A DNA stretch of 32,000 nucleotides. Source: an uncultured Nitrososphaerota archaeon (GTDB lineage Archaea; Korarchaeota; Korarchaeia; Korarchaeales; Korarchaeaceae). The notes beneath the pieces were generated by a model, which searched no databases, was not told the DNA's origin, and saw nothing but the letters and a program-made list of their open reading frames with translations. Location: the NCBI GenBank assembly GCA_964480775.1, contig CAYZRF010000014.1, positions 18,943-50,942 on the forward strand, in the 5' to 3' direction. Position numbers and translations under genes: made by a program. Below, one piece after another: positions 1 to 9,006 of this stretch (its first letter is position 1; each line of letters begins with the position of its first letter).

Positions 1-238
1 TATCGCAATACAGGACTGAGTTCTCCTACTAGCCTTAATTGTCCCTTCCCTAAAGCCTTTGCAGTTTGGGCACCCACAGTTCCACTGTGGAAAGCCACCA
101 AGAGCAGCTGAACCAAGGATTATTATCCTCATTTGCCTTCAATGGGCTCACAGGATATTAGTTAAAAACCAATTTTAGGGTCCAAAAAGCAGATACTAAA
201 GTCTCTTCCCAGATAAAGACCAGCTTGGTTACTTCCTA

Positions 239-1294
239 TTATAGGGAAAGCGCCTCTATCTCCGCCTCTTTTGCTTTCTTTTCTTCTGTCTCTTCTTTCT
301 CAAGCAAAGGCCTTACTTTCTCAACGAATTCGCGATACCTGTTCCTTACGGTTACTTCAGTAACGGAGACGGCCTGTGCTAGCTCCCTCTGGGTTCTGTG
401 TATCCCCTCTTCCTGGGTAGCAAGATAAACTGCTCCAGCAGCCGTTCCAGCGGGCTCCCTTCCTAGGGTAACGCCTACCTCCCTAGCTATTCTTAATATC
501 CTTATCGACTTCATAACAATTGATTGAGGGAGCTTTAGCTTCGAAACAATCCTCGAAACGTATATCTCCGGTTTAGGTGGTGGTATTCTCACATCAAGCT
601 TCCTGAAGAGGAACCTAAAGCTTCTGCCCACCTCTTTCTCCGAAAGTTCGAAGAATGAAGCTATCTCCTGTAAGAACCTCGGAACCTCCGTCCTACGGCA
701 GGCTGCATAGATTACGGCTGCGACCATGGCATCCATGCTCCTTCCTTTAACTAGGCCAGCAGAAGAAGCCAACCTGTACAGTTTTGCAGCGTCCTCAACT
801 GTATGAGACGGCAGGTCTAAGCGCTCTGCTATTGCTCTTATCTTGAACAATGCAGGCATGACTCTTTTTTCCTTCCTACTCCTGACGTGCTTTTTAGTCC
901 TTCTAAGGATCCTAATGGATCTTCCGCTAAGACCCTTAGAGTATGCGATTTTTGTGTCCAGCCCATATGCTGTTCTGGTAGGAGATACCGGTGCTCCAGA
1001 CCTAGCCCTTTCCATAAATTCCTCGGTACTAAAAGCTCTCCAATCCTTTCCCTCTAGGAAAAGGCCCTTGGCCAAAACTAGACCACACTCAGAGCAGACA
1101 AGCTCTCCGCTCTCCTCGTCCACGATGATCTTGTTGCTACCGCACCTTGAACATATTCTCTTCCTCTCCACGATGTAGTGAGGATCATCGCCGCTTCTCT
1201 CATACTTAGAGCTGCGTTTGATCTCGTTTAGAGAGGATTCCGATTCAGACAAAAAGTACAACTCCCAGAAAACTATCCCAATATAAGGTAACAA
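239..1294 (-). CDS. tfb: Transcription initiation factor TFB (archaeal TFIIB homologue)
   Basis: N-terminal Zn-ribbon CSRCGS...CSECG is followed by two cyclin-fold repeats (GRSMDAMVAAVIYAACR; GREPAGTAAGAVYLA) and a charged tail. The track start at 1294 is a TTG. A TATA-like TTTAAATA at 1301-1308 (- strand) suggests the true start is an in-frame TTG near 1261/1252. Confidence 0.9.
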   Translation of the reverse strand: MLPYIGIVFWELYFLSESESSLNEIKRSSKYERSGDDPHYIVERKRICSRCGSNKIIVDEESGELVCSECGLVLAKGLFLEGKDWRAFSTEEFMERARSGAPVSPTRTAYGLDTKIAYSKGLSGRSIRILRRTKKHVRSRKEKRVMPALFKIRAIAERLDLPSHTVEDAAKLYRLASSAGLVKGRSMDAMVAAVIYAACRRTEVPRFLQEIASFFELSEKEVGRSFRFLFRKLDVRIPPPKPEIYVSRIVSKLKLPQSIVMKSIRILRIAREVGVTLGREPAGTAAGAVYLATQEEGIHRTQRELAQAVSVTEVTVRNRYREFVEKVRPLLEKEETEEKKAKEAEIEALSL

Positions 1295-1300
1295 AGGGGG

Positions 1301-1308
1301 TATTTAAA
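1301..1308 (-). promoter_or_regulatory. TATA-box-like element upstream of tfb
   Basis: TTTAAATA reads on the - strand in the 100-bp gap between the McrB-like gene end and tfb. Confidence 0.4.
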
Positions 1309-1396
1309 TGAAATAACAAACGAGGAACATGAGTTCTACGAGCCTAAAGATTTAGCTAAAGGCGTTAATAAATGAGAAAAGCGATGTGCGTCGTTA

Positions 1397-3043
1397 TTAA
1401 TAATACTCCCTGAAGATGTCCCTAAGCACCGTTTCCAGCTTCTCATCGATGAGACCCCTGCTATCCAAAAGACGCCTTAAACTGTCGAACTGGCTCTTTG
1501 TGATGTCTCCAAGCTGAGGCAAAAGCTCCATCTTGAAAGCCCCTGAGACCAACATGATCGTGTCGTCAATTCCCTGAGATCTAAGTGAGCCAATTATAGA
1601 GGCTGCCTGCAGCAGTGTACCGGTGCCGATGGGCCTCCTCACAATACCTCTTATGTCCCTAACGAGCTCATTAAGCTCCTGAACAGCCTCCCTCAGCACT
1701 TCGTCCTCAAGGATGGCAGTTTTTATTGCAAAGCTCATGGCTTTGTCTTTCTCTCTCTCAAGGCATTTCCTACTCGATGGAGGCTCTATGAAGACGTGTG
1801 AGAAGCACCTAAGAAGCGCAAACCCCATTGAGCTTAGGCCTGATCTATCAAAGGTGTTCATAGTTCCCACTATTCTGAAGTCCCTTGGCAGTTTCAGATG
1901 ATCTGGATCCTCAGCCTGATGCAAACCATCTTTCAGGATATCCAGTATCTCTCTGGCCTCCTTCACCATATCCTTGAGTTCAGGCTCCTCTGATAAATAC
2001 AGGTAAGAGTACGCTTCCTCTATCAGGCTTTTAGGAAGCACCCTTTCATCAGGTACCCCTGAGAAGATTGTTACGAGATCCCCAAAAACTCCATATATGT
2101 CTGCTCTGTTGAACTCCTCAATCACGAGCAGTACTCCTCTGCCTTCCTTCTTCTTTTTGATGTGATTTGCCAGGGCTCTTAGTAAGAAGCCCGGCTTCCA
2201 AAGGGTCCGGCCTCCAACAGAACGTGGACCACCTATCACGTCCTTCCTAGTCCATTCAGAGGTTGCCGTGAGCAATATCGTCTCGAAGTTGAGCGCATCG
2301 GCAACCGCTTTAGCCAAGGAGGTCTTTCCACAACCAGGTGGGCCAACCAGAAGGAGATGCCTGCCAGAGTCAAAGGCAGCGACGACCTCTTCAAGGATTC
2401 CCTTGTCAAAAATCAGGTCTCTTCTTGACACGGCTTCTTCCAAGTTCCTCGGATCCAGAAACAGGATCTCCCAGGTGGGCTCAGCGACAAGCGGAATAGT
2501 CTCTATTTTAGTGGCTTTTGTTATGATCTCCTCGATTATCCTTTTTGCTGCCTTGGATCCAACTCTCATGAAACCTCTTGGAGCAAACTTCTCCTTGTAG
2601 CCAGCTTTAACGTTGAAATCACTTCTGGGCATGTTAAGAACACAAATGTCGTTGAGAAAGAAAAGCAGGCTCCAGGTTTTACCGTCCTTGTCCTTTCCCC
2701 AAACTTTTAGGGCTATTTCCTCATTTTCTAATTTGAAAGCTACCTGCGCAGAACACACATATCGGTTATCGTAGTAAAAGACTACGTAATCCCCTTCTTT
2801 GAGCGATTTCCAAGCCTCCTTCAACTCCTGCTTTAGACCCCACATCTTTACCTTTCTATCCGGATAGAGATGCTCGAGTATCCTCTTCTCCTCTTCCTTA
2901 AGGAGGTCTGCAATATTATCGATAGAGACTAAGTTTTCAAAGCTTGTTAACGCACTCGCCTCTTCTAAGGTGCTAACAGAAATGACGCTTTTGTTGATGC
3001 GTTCTTTTGATCCTGTTGCTATGAAAACCTGCTTCTGGACCAT
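1397..3043 (-). CDS. McrB-family AAA+ GTPase with N-terminal EVE/PUA-like (modified-base reader-like) domain; no McrC partner nearby
   Basis: Walker A is GPPGCGKT. McrB-type signatures present: EEFNRADIYGVFGDL, GTMNTFDRS and ALLRCFSHVFIEPP. The N-terminal roughly 170 aa carry MWGLKQELKEAWKSLKEGDYVVFYYD, which aligns without gaps to the N-domain of the 18892-20055 protein. Confidence 0.7.
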   Translation of the reverse strand: MVQKQVFIATGSKERINKSVISVSTLEEASALTSFENLVSIDNIADLLKEEEKRILEHLYPDRKVKMWGLKQELKEAWKSLKEGDYVVFYYDNRYVCSAQVAFKLENEEIALKVWGKDKDGKTWSLLFFLNDICVLNMPRSDFNVKAGYKEKFAPRGFMRVGSKAAKRIIEEIITKATKIETIPLVAEPTWEILFLDPRNLEEAVSRRDLIFDKGILEEVVAAFDSGRHLLLVGPPGCGKTSLAKAVADALNFETILLTATSEWTRKDVIGGPRSVGGRTLWKPGFLLRALANHIKKKKEGRGVLLVIEEFNRADIYGVFGDLVTIFSGVPDERVLPKSLIEEAYSYLYLSEEPELKDMVKEAREILDILKDGLHQAEDPDHLKLPRDFRIVGTMNTFDRSGLSSMGFALLRCFSHVFIEPPSSRKCLEREKDKAMSFAIKTAILEDEVLREAVQELNELVRDIRGIVRRPIGTGTLLQAASIIGSLRSQGIDDTIMLVSGAFKMELLPQLGDITKSQFDSLRRLLDSRGLIDEKLETVLRDIFREYY

Positions 3044-3188
3044 CTACACACCTATGAGATGTAACCTATGTGTTTTGAATTTTTCAAAATACTAAAAACA
3101 TTGTTGTTAAAGGATTTTCCTTTATTAGGGTTCAGGAGTTAATTAGTAAGAACACCACTGACTTGGCCTCTGATTCACTCAAGATGCA

Positions 3189-4214
3189 CTAGAAATTGCC
3201 TTTAAGAAGGCTGAGAATCCTTTGTTCTGCCCTAAACATTGGATGACTGGATGTATTCTTGTGAAGCTCGTCAAAAGAGGGATAGCCAACTTGGCGTTCC
3301 ATCGCCCACTCTCGCGCGAACTCTCCACTCAATATTTCGTTCACTACGCCTTCAACGACCTTCTTCAGCTTGTCCCTAAACAAGTTGCTCCTCGAAAGCT
3401 GTCCGTACTGGCTTGTGGTAGAGTGTAACCTCATCTGCTCATAAAAGCCCATCTCGCATGCAGACTTCCATATCTCGATAATCTCTCCTGAGGCATAGAG
3501 TTCAAGCACCTCTATCTCTGGCCTGACACCCGCCTGTACAGCTTTTTCAAAGGCTAAAGTCAAAATTGCAATAAATGCAGCACCAACTACCTGCTCTGAG
3601 ATAAGATCGCTTACAGTTTCCTCCTTAAAAGATGACTTAAAAGCCCCAGCACGTGTGAAGCCCAGTGCTTTTGCAAGAGCCAGAGAAATGTCCCATGCCA
3701 TGCCGTTCGAGTCCTGACCAACACCGACCAATGCGGGAGCACCGCTTCCTTCCTGAAATAGCTCCCTCACACCCCTGCCTATCATCCTCGGGGCTACTAA
3801 GACGACATTCACGTTTTCAGGTGGCTTTATGAAACCAAACGTGATGTTGTAGCCGCTTGCAAAGCACAGAGTCTTCCCAGATCTTAGCTGTCCATGAATA
3901 TCAGAGTAATAAACTGCAGGCATTACCTCATCAGGGATGAGAAGACATATCACATCGGCGTTTGCAGCTGCTTCACCTATAGGATGGACTTCAAAGCCGT
4001 CTTCGATGGCCTTTTTCCAGTACTTGTCCTTAATATTGCCAACGATTACATTTAACCCACTGTCCCTCATATTTAGGGACCATGCCCTTCCTTGATTTCC
4101 ATAACCTATGATTCCTATCACCTTGTCCCCTAAAATTGAGAGATCTGCGTCCTCGTCGAAGTAAACCTTTACGGATCCAACCATCTTCATTTTAACCGAT
4201 GACAAATCTGACAA
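3189..4214 (-). CDS. ilvC: Ketol-acid reductoisomerase (class I KARI)
   Basis: Rossmann motif GIIGYGNQGRAWSLNMRDSG, length typical of class I, conserved C-terminal knotted-domain stretch (HSTTSQYG). The start may be one of the internal Met codons (MKMVGS). Confidence 0.9.
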   Translation of the reverse strand: MSDLSSVKMKMVGSVKVYFDEDADLSILGDKVIGIIGYGNQGRAWSLNMRDSGLNVIVGNIKDKYWKKAIEDGFEVHPIGEAAANADVICLLIPDEVMPAVYYSDIHGQLRSGKTLCFASGYNITFGFIKPPENVNVVLVAPRMIGRGVRELFQEGSGAPALVGVGQDSNGMAWDISLALAKALGFTRAGAFKSSFKEETVSDLISEQVVGAAFIAILTLAFEKAVQAGVRPEIEVLELYASGEIIEIWKSACEMGFYEQMRLHSTTSQYGQLSRSNLFRDKLKKVVEGVVNEILSGEFAREWAMERQVGYPSFDELHKNTSSHPMFRAEQRILSLLKGNF

Positions 4215-4323
4215 CAGAATTTAATCTCTGTCCTCCTTTTTCTTTTAATAGCTGAAGCCAGAAAGGTCAAATAAGTCTTTTCGACCGAGTTCGCTTAGCA
4301 GACCAGGGTAATGCTTTAAGTAT

Positions 4324-4331
4324 GTATAAAG
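4324..4331 (+). promoter_or_regulatory. TATA-like box for the vapBC-1 operon (leaderless start likely at ATG 4354)
   Basis: GTATAAAG lies about 24 nt upstream of ATG 4354 (MGTVTIKVDDELK). Confidence 0.35.
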
Positions 4332-4341
4332 TGTAATTACT

Positions 4342-4578
4342 TTGGTAATGATCATGGGTACTGTTACGATTAAAGTCGATGATGAGCTAAAGAGAAAGAT
4401 GAAGACTGTCGAGATCAACTGGTCTGAGTATCTAAGAGAGGCAATTAGACAGAGGATTGAGTTGGAGGAAAGAAAGCATGCTGCTGAGAAGCTGTTAGAG
4501 AGCTTAAAGGGAAAGAAGCATGCTACCCCCCGAGGCTTCATAAACAAGACAATTAGGGAGATGAGAGAAGCCCATTGA
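4342..4578 (+). CDS. vapB: VapB-type antitoxin (small DNA-binding protein upstream of the PIN toxin)
   Basis: About 75 aa and charged. The motif VTIKVDDELKRKMK..INWSEYLREAIRQRI recurs in the paralogue at 9729-9953. It overlaps the downstream PIN gene by 4 nt. Confidence 0.6.
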   Translation: MVMIMGTVTIKVDDELKRKMKTVEINWSEYLREAIRQRIELEERKHAAEKLLESLKGKKHATPRGFINKTIREMREAH

Positions 4579-5018
4579 AGGTTTACGTAGTAGATGCATC
4601 GGTTGCATCTAGGTTCTTACTGGTTGAAGAATTTTCTGATAAAGCCAGCTTGGTCTTAGAGGATTTCCTCTCTGGAACCATAGATCTGAAAGCCCCCGAA
4701 TTAGTGGTTTACGAGGTGGGCAATACACTATGGAAAGCAGTCAAGCAAGGGTTCATTGGCATTGAAGAGGCTATTCAGAATTTTTCCTACTTTCTTAAGC
4801 TTAGAATAGGGTCCGTTAGGTTAGATGAAGAAGGCCATAAAGCGATCCTTGAGTGGAGCATTAAGAATAAGGCGACGTACTATGACAGCGCGTATGTGTT
4901 GTGTTCAAAGATATTAGAGGCAACTCTATTGACAGCAGACGAAATTTTGTATAAGAAAGCTCGAAAAGAGGTTTCAACCATGCACTTGAAAGACTATCGA
5001 GCCTTATCTAAGAGATAA
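4575..5018 (+). CDS. vapC: PIN-domain ribonuclease toxin VapC
   Basis: The four acidic PIN positions are visible: VVDASV, VYEVGN, YYDSAY and LLTADE. Length is about 147 aa and the gene is coupled to the upstream antitoxin. Confidence 0.8.
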   Translation: MKVYVVDASVASRFLLVEEFSDKASLVLEDFLSGTIDLKAPELVVYEVGNTLWKAVKQGFIGIEEAIQNFSYFLKLRIGSVRLDEEGHKAILEWSIKNKATYYDSAYVLCSKILEATLLTADEILYKKARKEVSTMHLKDYRALSKR

Positions 5019-5036
5019 AGTCTTTTTGTAGAGGTA

Positions 5037-5486
5037 TCAGGTTCTTTTTACCTCCTTTCTTTTCTCTCCTAAGATCTCTGATTCATAATATTTCTTTAAC
5101 CTCTTATATTCTGCGCCGCCGCCTTCTTCCAAAACAGCTATACCGTCCTTTATCATAGATTTGTTAATGAATATTTTGTTTTCAAAGGTAAATAGCCGTA
5201 AACTGTTCTGCTTTCCACCGATTTGATAGTGGCGTCTATCCTAAGGAAGACTCCTTTTTTGCACGTATTTTCTTAAATACTCGATCGCTCGGTTTTCGTC
5301 AACTACTTTTAACCCCGTATCCAATTCTACCTCGTCTGGAGCTATATCCTCATAACTTTGTGGATACGCACCTTTTTGGGTATGAGCTTATTGATTCCCT
5401 TGGCCCTTGGTTCACAATATCACACCTTTTGCCAATCGAAAGATAATGCTCTTTTCATTTATTCTTATTTCCTGTGTATAATCCAT
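5037..5486 (-). pseudogene. Decayed gene of unknown family (two frame changes plus an in-frame TAG)
   Basis: The - strand reads MDYTQEIRINEKSIIFRLAKGVIL*, then a shifted ..DIVNQGPRESISSYPK.., then a shifted AHTQKGAYPQSYEDIAPDEVELDTGLKVVDENRAIEYLRKYVQKRSLP. An in-frame TAG follows at 5241-5243, then DRRHYQIGGKQNSLRLFTFENKIFINKSMIKDGIAVLEEGGGAEYKRLKKYYESEIL. The pieces are collinear and protein-like, but none is a complete ORF. Confidence 0.4.
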
Positions 5487-5792
5487 TTCAGCTTATTTTT
5501 TACAGCCCATTGCTAAAAATTTACTATTTCAATTCATAAAGAACTGTCACTTTTTCGACGTTTACTGACCTTAAACAGAACTTCTTAATTTGAACGACTA
5601 TGTAACAGCCTAAGATGGCCCAAACATGAAGTTGTCTGCTTACTATCATCTTAGTCTAAGGACATAAAATCCAGAGGATTCAAGACCAATATATGCAGCC
5701 ACAGGAGCATAATGGGTTTATTATAAAACAGGGGATATGGAAATAATGCCCCATCATGTTATCCTGCTGATAGCCATCCCAACTTATGGATT

Positions 5793-6671
5793 TTGAAGGT
5801 TGGATGCCCGATGATTAGAAGGGAGGGAAAGGTTTTCGGCTTTTTCTCTGCTCCGGGGGGAGTAGGAAAAACGACCATTGCCCTGCTCTTGGGATGGCTC
5901 CTTAGAAAAGGAGGAAAGAAAGTTCTTCTCGTTGATATGGATCCAAGCAGCGCCCTCTCGCTGACGGTAATGAGAGAGATGGCGAGCTTAATCATATATG
6001 AAAAGAGAGAGCTCACCCTCTCTCATATCTTCAGGAGAGTTATGGAGGATAAGCAACACATAAGTTTGGAGGATTATCTTGTGTCAAAGGCCTTTCCTCC
6101 GGGCGAAGACCTTGAACTCGACATACTAACGTCTGACCTCAACCTCACCAAGGTTGTGGACTCACTATGGTTCAGCCAAAGAGCAAGAGGCGAGATCCTA
6201 CTTAAAGAGCTACTTGACGTCTTAGGAGTGAGGAAAGGCTATGAGTGTACCATAATCGACTCAATCCCCTTCTACGATAGAAAATACGTTGTTATGGTCA
6301 TTCAAGGAGCGGATAAGTGCATAATTCCGCTAAGGCCTTCCATAATTGATGTCTACAGGACGGAAATGATGCTTAAGGAGTTACCGAAAATATTAGACAT
6401 GAAAAAGGAAGAGTTAGTCTCAAAAATTGGCCTAGTATTCAACATGGTAAGGCGGGGAAGCAAACAAACGAGGTACATGAAAATGTACCTACACTTCTTT
6501 AGGAACAGAATTTCCCCAGACCTAAAGGTTTTTTCCTCGTATATTCCCCTAAAGGTTTCTTTCAGTAGAATAGGGACCGAGGAAGAGACTCCATTTGATA
6601 GAGAGGATGTTAGACGGGAGTTCTCCGGATTCTTTTCGGAGTTCTTAAACTGGGCAGGCTTAGAGAGCTAA
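5793..6671 (+). CDS. ParA/MinD-family (SIMIBI) P-loop ATPase, atypical Walker A
   Basis: Motifs FFSAPGGVGKTTIALLLG, LLVDMDP and IIDSIPF. The probable true start is ATG 5811 (MIRREGK). The signature Lys of KGGxGKT is replaced by Pro. Confidence 0.75.
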   Translation: MKVGCPMIRREGKVFGFFSAPGGVGKTTIALLLGWLLRKGGKKVLLVDMDPSSALSLTVMREMASLIIYEKRELTLSHIFRRVMEDKQHISLEDYLVSKAFPPGEDLELDILTSDLNLTKVVDSLWFSQRARGEILLKELLDVLGVRKGYECTIIDSIPFYDRKYVVMVIQGADKCIIPLRPSIIDVYRTEMMLKELPKILDMKKEELVSKIGLVFNMVRRGSKQTRYMKMYLHFFRNRISPDLKVFSSYIPLKVSFSRIGTEEETPFDREDVRREFSGFFSEFLNWAGLES

Positions 6672-6724
6672 ATTTTGATCAAAATTTCCACAGCCAAATT
6701 ATTGGCGGGCGTGTAACTTACCTT

Positions 6725-6967
6725 TCAACCACCTTTAATATTGCAGGATCCCAGTACCTTTTTCTTTAGTACTAGGCGAAAAACACCTTGCGGGCAGTGT
6801 TCAACACAAAGACCGCATCCTATGCATTTTTCCTGATCAACTTCGACGTGGTGGCCCTCAATATCTTCATATATTGAGATTGCGCGCGCATAGCACCTCA
6901 TAAGGCAAATTCCGCAGTCCTCACATCTATCAGCCCTGTACGGTTCCGACATTATAAACGAGGGCAT
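6725..6967 (-). CDS. 2x[4Fe-4S] ferredoxin
   Basis: Two cluster motifs: CEDCGICLMRC and CIGCGLCVEHCP. Length 80 aa. Confidence 0.85.
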   Translation of the reverse strand: MPSFIMSEPYRADRCEDCGICLMRCYARAISIYEDIEGHHVEVDQEKCIGCGLCVEHCPQGVFRLVLKKKVLGSCNIKGG

Positions 6968-7354
6968 GTTTACGCTCCTGATCTAGCCAGATCCTATGTT
7001 CTTGCCTTGGATAATGAAAAGGCAGTGAATAAGGCATATAACGTGGCCCAAAGGGAGATCCTAACCCTGAAGGAGTATGTAGAATCGATATGTGAGGTTT
7101 TAGGAGCTGAGTTCAAGCCTGTTTTTGTGTCTAGTGAATTAGCCGAGAAATGTATAGGTTATGGGCCTCCTCACTTCAGGCGCAAGGTCCTAATACCTGA
7201 GATAGGAAGAGCTGAGACAGAATTGGGATTTACGAGTACTCCTTTTAAGAAGTGGTTGGAGAAAACCGTTAGGTGGTTTGTCGAAGAATATAAAGGTCCG
7301 GATTCGGCCCAATACGATAGGAGATCGTTGGAGGTTAAGTTTTCTCGAACTTAG
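6962..7354 (+). pseudogene. 3' fragment (C-terminal third, about 130 codons) of an NAD-dependent epimerase paralogue
   Basis: It is collinear with 11903-12290 of the intact gene, with 84 of the first 100 aligned nt identical by hand count and no gaps. The protein DNEKAVNKAYNVAQREILTLKEYVESICEVLG matches DNEKSVNKAYNIAQREILTLKEYVQSICEVLG. The Rossmann and YxxxK parts are absent. Confidence 0.8.
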
Positions 7355-7470
7355 CAGAATAAGCTCATCTCTTAGCGAGATTATTCTCTTTTGTATCAAC
7401 CTCCAGAACGCGGAAAATTTGAAAAAGGTTCAGATGTTGAGATCCAAAGATTAGAGTTTGCAAATCGGAT

Positions 7471-7893
7471 TCAATGGGTTTTAACGTATTTTCTTATGTA
7501 TGTCACGAACTCTTCAAGATCGTCCAATCTCTCCCTAATGAACTTACACATCAGATCAACGTCTATTTCGTTATATTGATGAACTAAGATGTTCCTGAAC
7601 CCTGCCATGGGTGCTATCCTTTTTGCGAAATCCTTTGGGATTATGCCCGCCTTTCCCAAAGTAAGAAAAACGCCCTTATACTCCTCTGGTCTGGGCAAGT
7701 TCTCTTCAGCAATTATCATTTCTCCAATGTCTAAAGCAGCCTCAATAGCAACATGTAGATTTCTTTCTAAGGCGCTCTTTAGCTCATAGTTATTTTCCAC
7801 CTCTATAGGTTTGACGTTTGCTTTGGACCTGAGATAAGCAAGGGCTCTCTCTAGCAGCGCTATCTTCCTGGCTATCTTCTCAGAGAAATACAT
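7471..7893 (-). CDS. hepT: HEPN (DUF86) toxin of a HEPN/MNT pair
   Basis: The Rx4H motif is present (FRNILVHQY). Length 140 aa, lying 4 nt downstream of the nucleotidyltransferase gene. Confidence 0.8.
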   Translation of the reverse strand: MYFSEKIARKIALLERALAYLRSKANVKPIEVENNYELKSALERNLHVAIEAALDIGEMIIAEENLPRPEEYKGVFLTLGKAGIIPKDFAKRIAPMAGFRNILVHQYNEIDVDLMCKFIRERLDDLEEFVTYIRKYVKTH

Positions 7894-7897
7894 GTTA

Positions 7898-8272
7898 TCA
7901 CCTAGACAAAATGGCTTTGGCCCACCTTAGATCGTAAAACCTCCTATCATGGTAGAGCTTGAGAGTCATGTAAACAAACTCTTTTAACGCATTTTCGTCT
8001 CTAATAAACAGAGGTTTTCCCCTTATCACCTCGAAAGCCAAGCTTGGAGAGGCTTCATTTAAGAGCACCATATCGACCTTAATTCCTGGCTCAAGCTCGC
8101 TTGCAAGCTCTATGATTTTTTCAATCATCTCGTCTCTTGACAAGGACTTATCAAGATACACGCCTATATCAATATCACTTAGCTTCGATGCCTTTTCCCT
8201 CGCAGCCGATCCAAAGATGTAGGCAAAGAGCACTTCCTCCTTTGACGATAAAAGCTTGATGACCCTCTCCAT
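7898..8272 (-). CDS. mntA: Minimal nucleotidyltransferase (MNT) antitoxin
   Basis: The GSxxR...DxD motif is present (FGSAAREKASKLSDIDIGV). Length 124 aa. Confidence 0.8.
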   Translation of the reverse strand: MERVIKLLSSKEEVLFAYIFGSAAREKASKLSDIDIGVYLDKSLSRDEMIEKIIELASELEPGIKVDMVLLNEASPSLAFEVIRGKPLFIRDENALKEFVYMTLKLYHDRRFYDLRWAKAILSR

Positions 8273-8303
8273 TTCCCAAATATTCCACAGAACACTTTAA
8301 TAT

Positions 8304-8825
8304 ATGTTACATTTTAAGGGAAAGTTGAATGGTCCTATGAGTATGGAACTTGAATTAGTACCTGTCACCAAAGACGAGGAAGAAAAGATCTCAACGTTCA
8401 TAAGACTTGGAAGGGACTACTTTAAAGATTTGGATTTTGAAGAACGTGAAAGATTTCTTCAGAGCATTCTATCAAGGCTAGGAGAGCCTGACCGCTGGTT
8501 GTTTCTTTTGAAGTATAAAAATGAGTACGTGGGCCTTGGACACGTGAAGATAGATAAGAGCGAGCGGCCGGGCTGGGGTTTTATCCTAGAATTCTATATC
8601 GTACCGTCAAAACGAAGAATGGGACTGGGGCGTGGATTCTTTAGCCTCATCGCAGACATGCTACAGTCTAAAGGGGTTAAGGATATTTGGTTACTTGCAA
8701 CAGAGGCCATACCATTCTGGCGCTCACTTGGGTTTAGATTGACTGGAGAAATAGACAAAGAAACCGGTCAGATGATTCTAACGAAATCGCTGAGATTTTC
8801 CGATAACGCTTCGTTAGAAAGTTAA
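8304..8825 (+). CDS. GNAT-family N-acetyltransferase
   Basis: Acetyl-CoA loop RRMGLGRGFF (R/Q-x-x-G-x-G) with typical length. The start is probably the internal Met (MSMELELV). Confidence 0.75.
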   Translation: MLHFKGKLNGPMSMELELVPVTKDEEEKISTFIRLGRDYFKDLDFEERERFLQSILSRLGEPDRWLFLLKYKNEYVGLGHVKIDKSERPGWGFILEFYIVPSKRRMGLGRGFFSLIADMLQSKGVKDIWLLATEAIPFWRSLGFRLTGEIDKETGQMILTKSLRFSDNASLES

Positions 8826-9006
8826 CCATTTAGCTCACGAGCTCTGGACGGTCTTTACTTGCTATGAAGATAACCTCCTACTTGCTTCATTCTTATGGAA
8901 AAAGAACAGATGGATTCTTTTCCTGATTTTTCTGCTTAGATGTTTTCCTTCCCTCACTCCTCATTGCCCCTACCTAGAAGCTGCTTCCTACTCTCCTATT
9001 TACAAA

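Noticed and set aside
225-1178. ORFs 225-428(+) and 843-1178(+)
   Set aside because: They lie antisense and entirely inside the well-supported tfb gene. Their composition is low-complexity and Ser/Leu-rich, typical of shadow frames.
1713-2600. ORFs 1713-1901(+) and 2268-2600(+)
   Set aside because: Shadow frames opposite the McrB-like gene, with no motifs.
3222-3428. ORF 3222-3428(+)
   Set aside because: Antisense to ilvC.
4245-4547. ORF 4245-4547(-)
   Set aside because: Antisense to the vapB-type antitoxin, with a low-complexity Ser/Phe/Leu-rich translation.
5759-6016. ORF 5759-6016(-)
   Set aside because: Antisense to the P-loop region of the ParA-like gene.
7190-7789. ORFs 7190-7399(-), 7391-7579(+), 7589-7789(+)
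   Set aside because: They overlap the epimerase fragment or the HEPN gene on the opposite strand and have no motifs.
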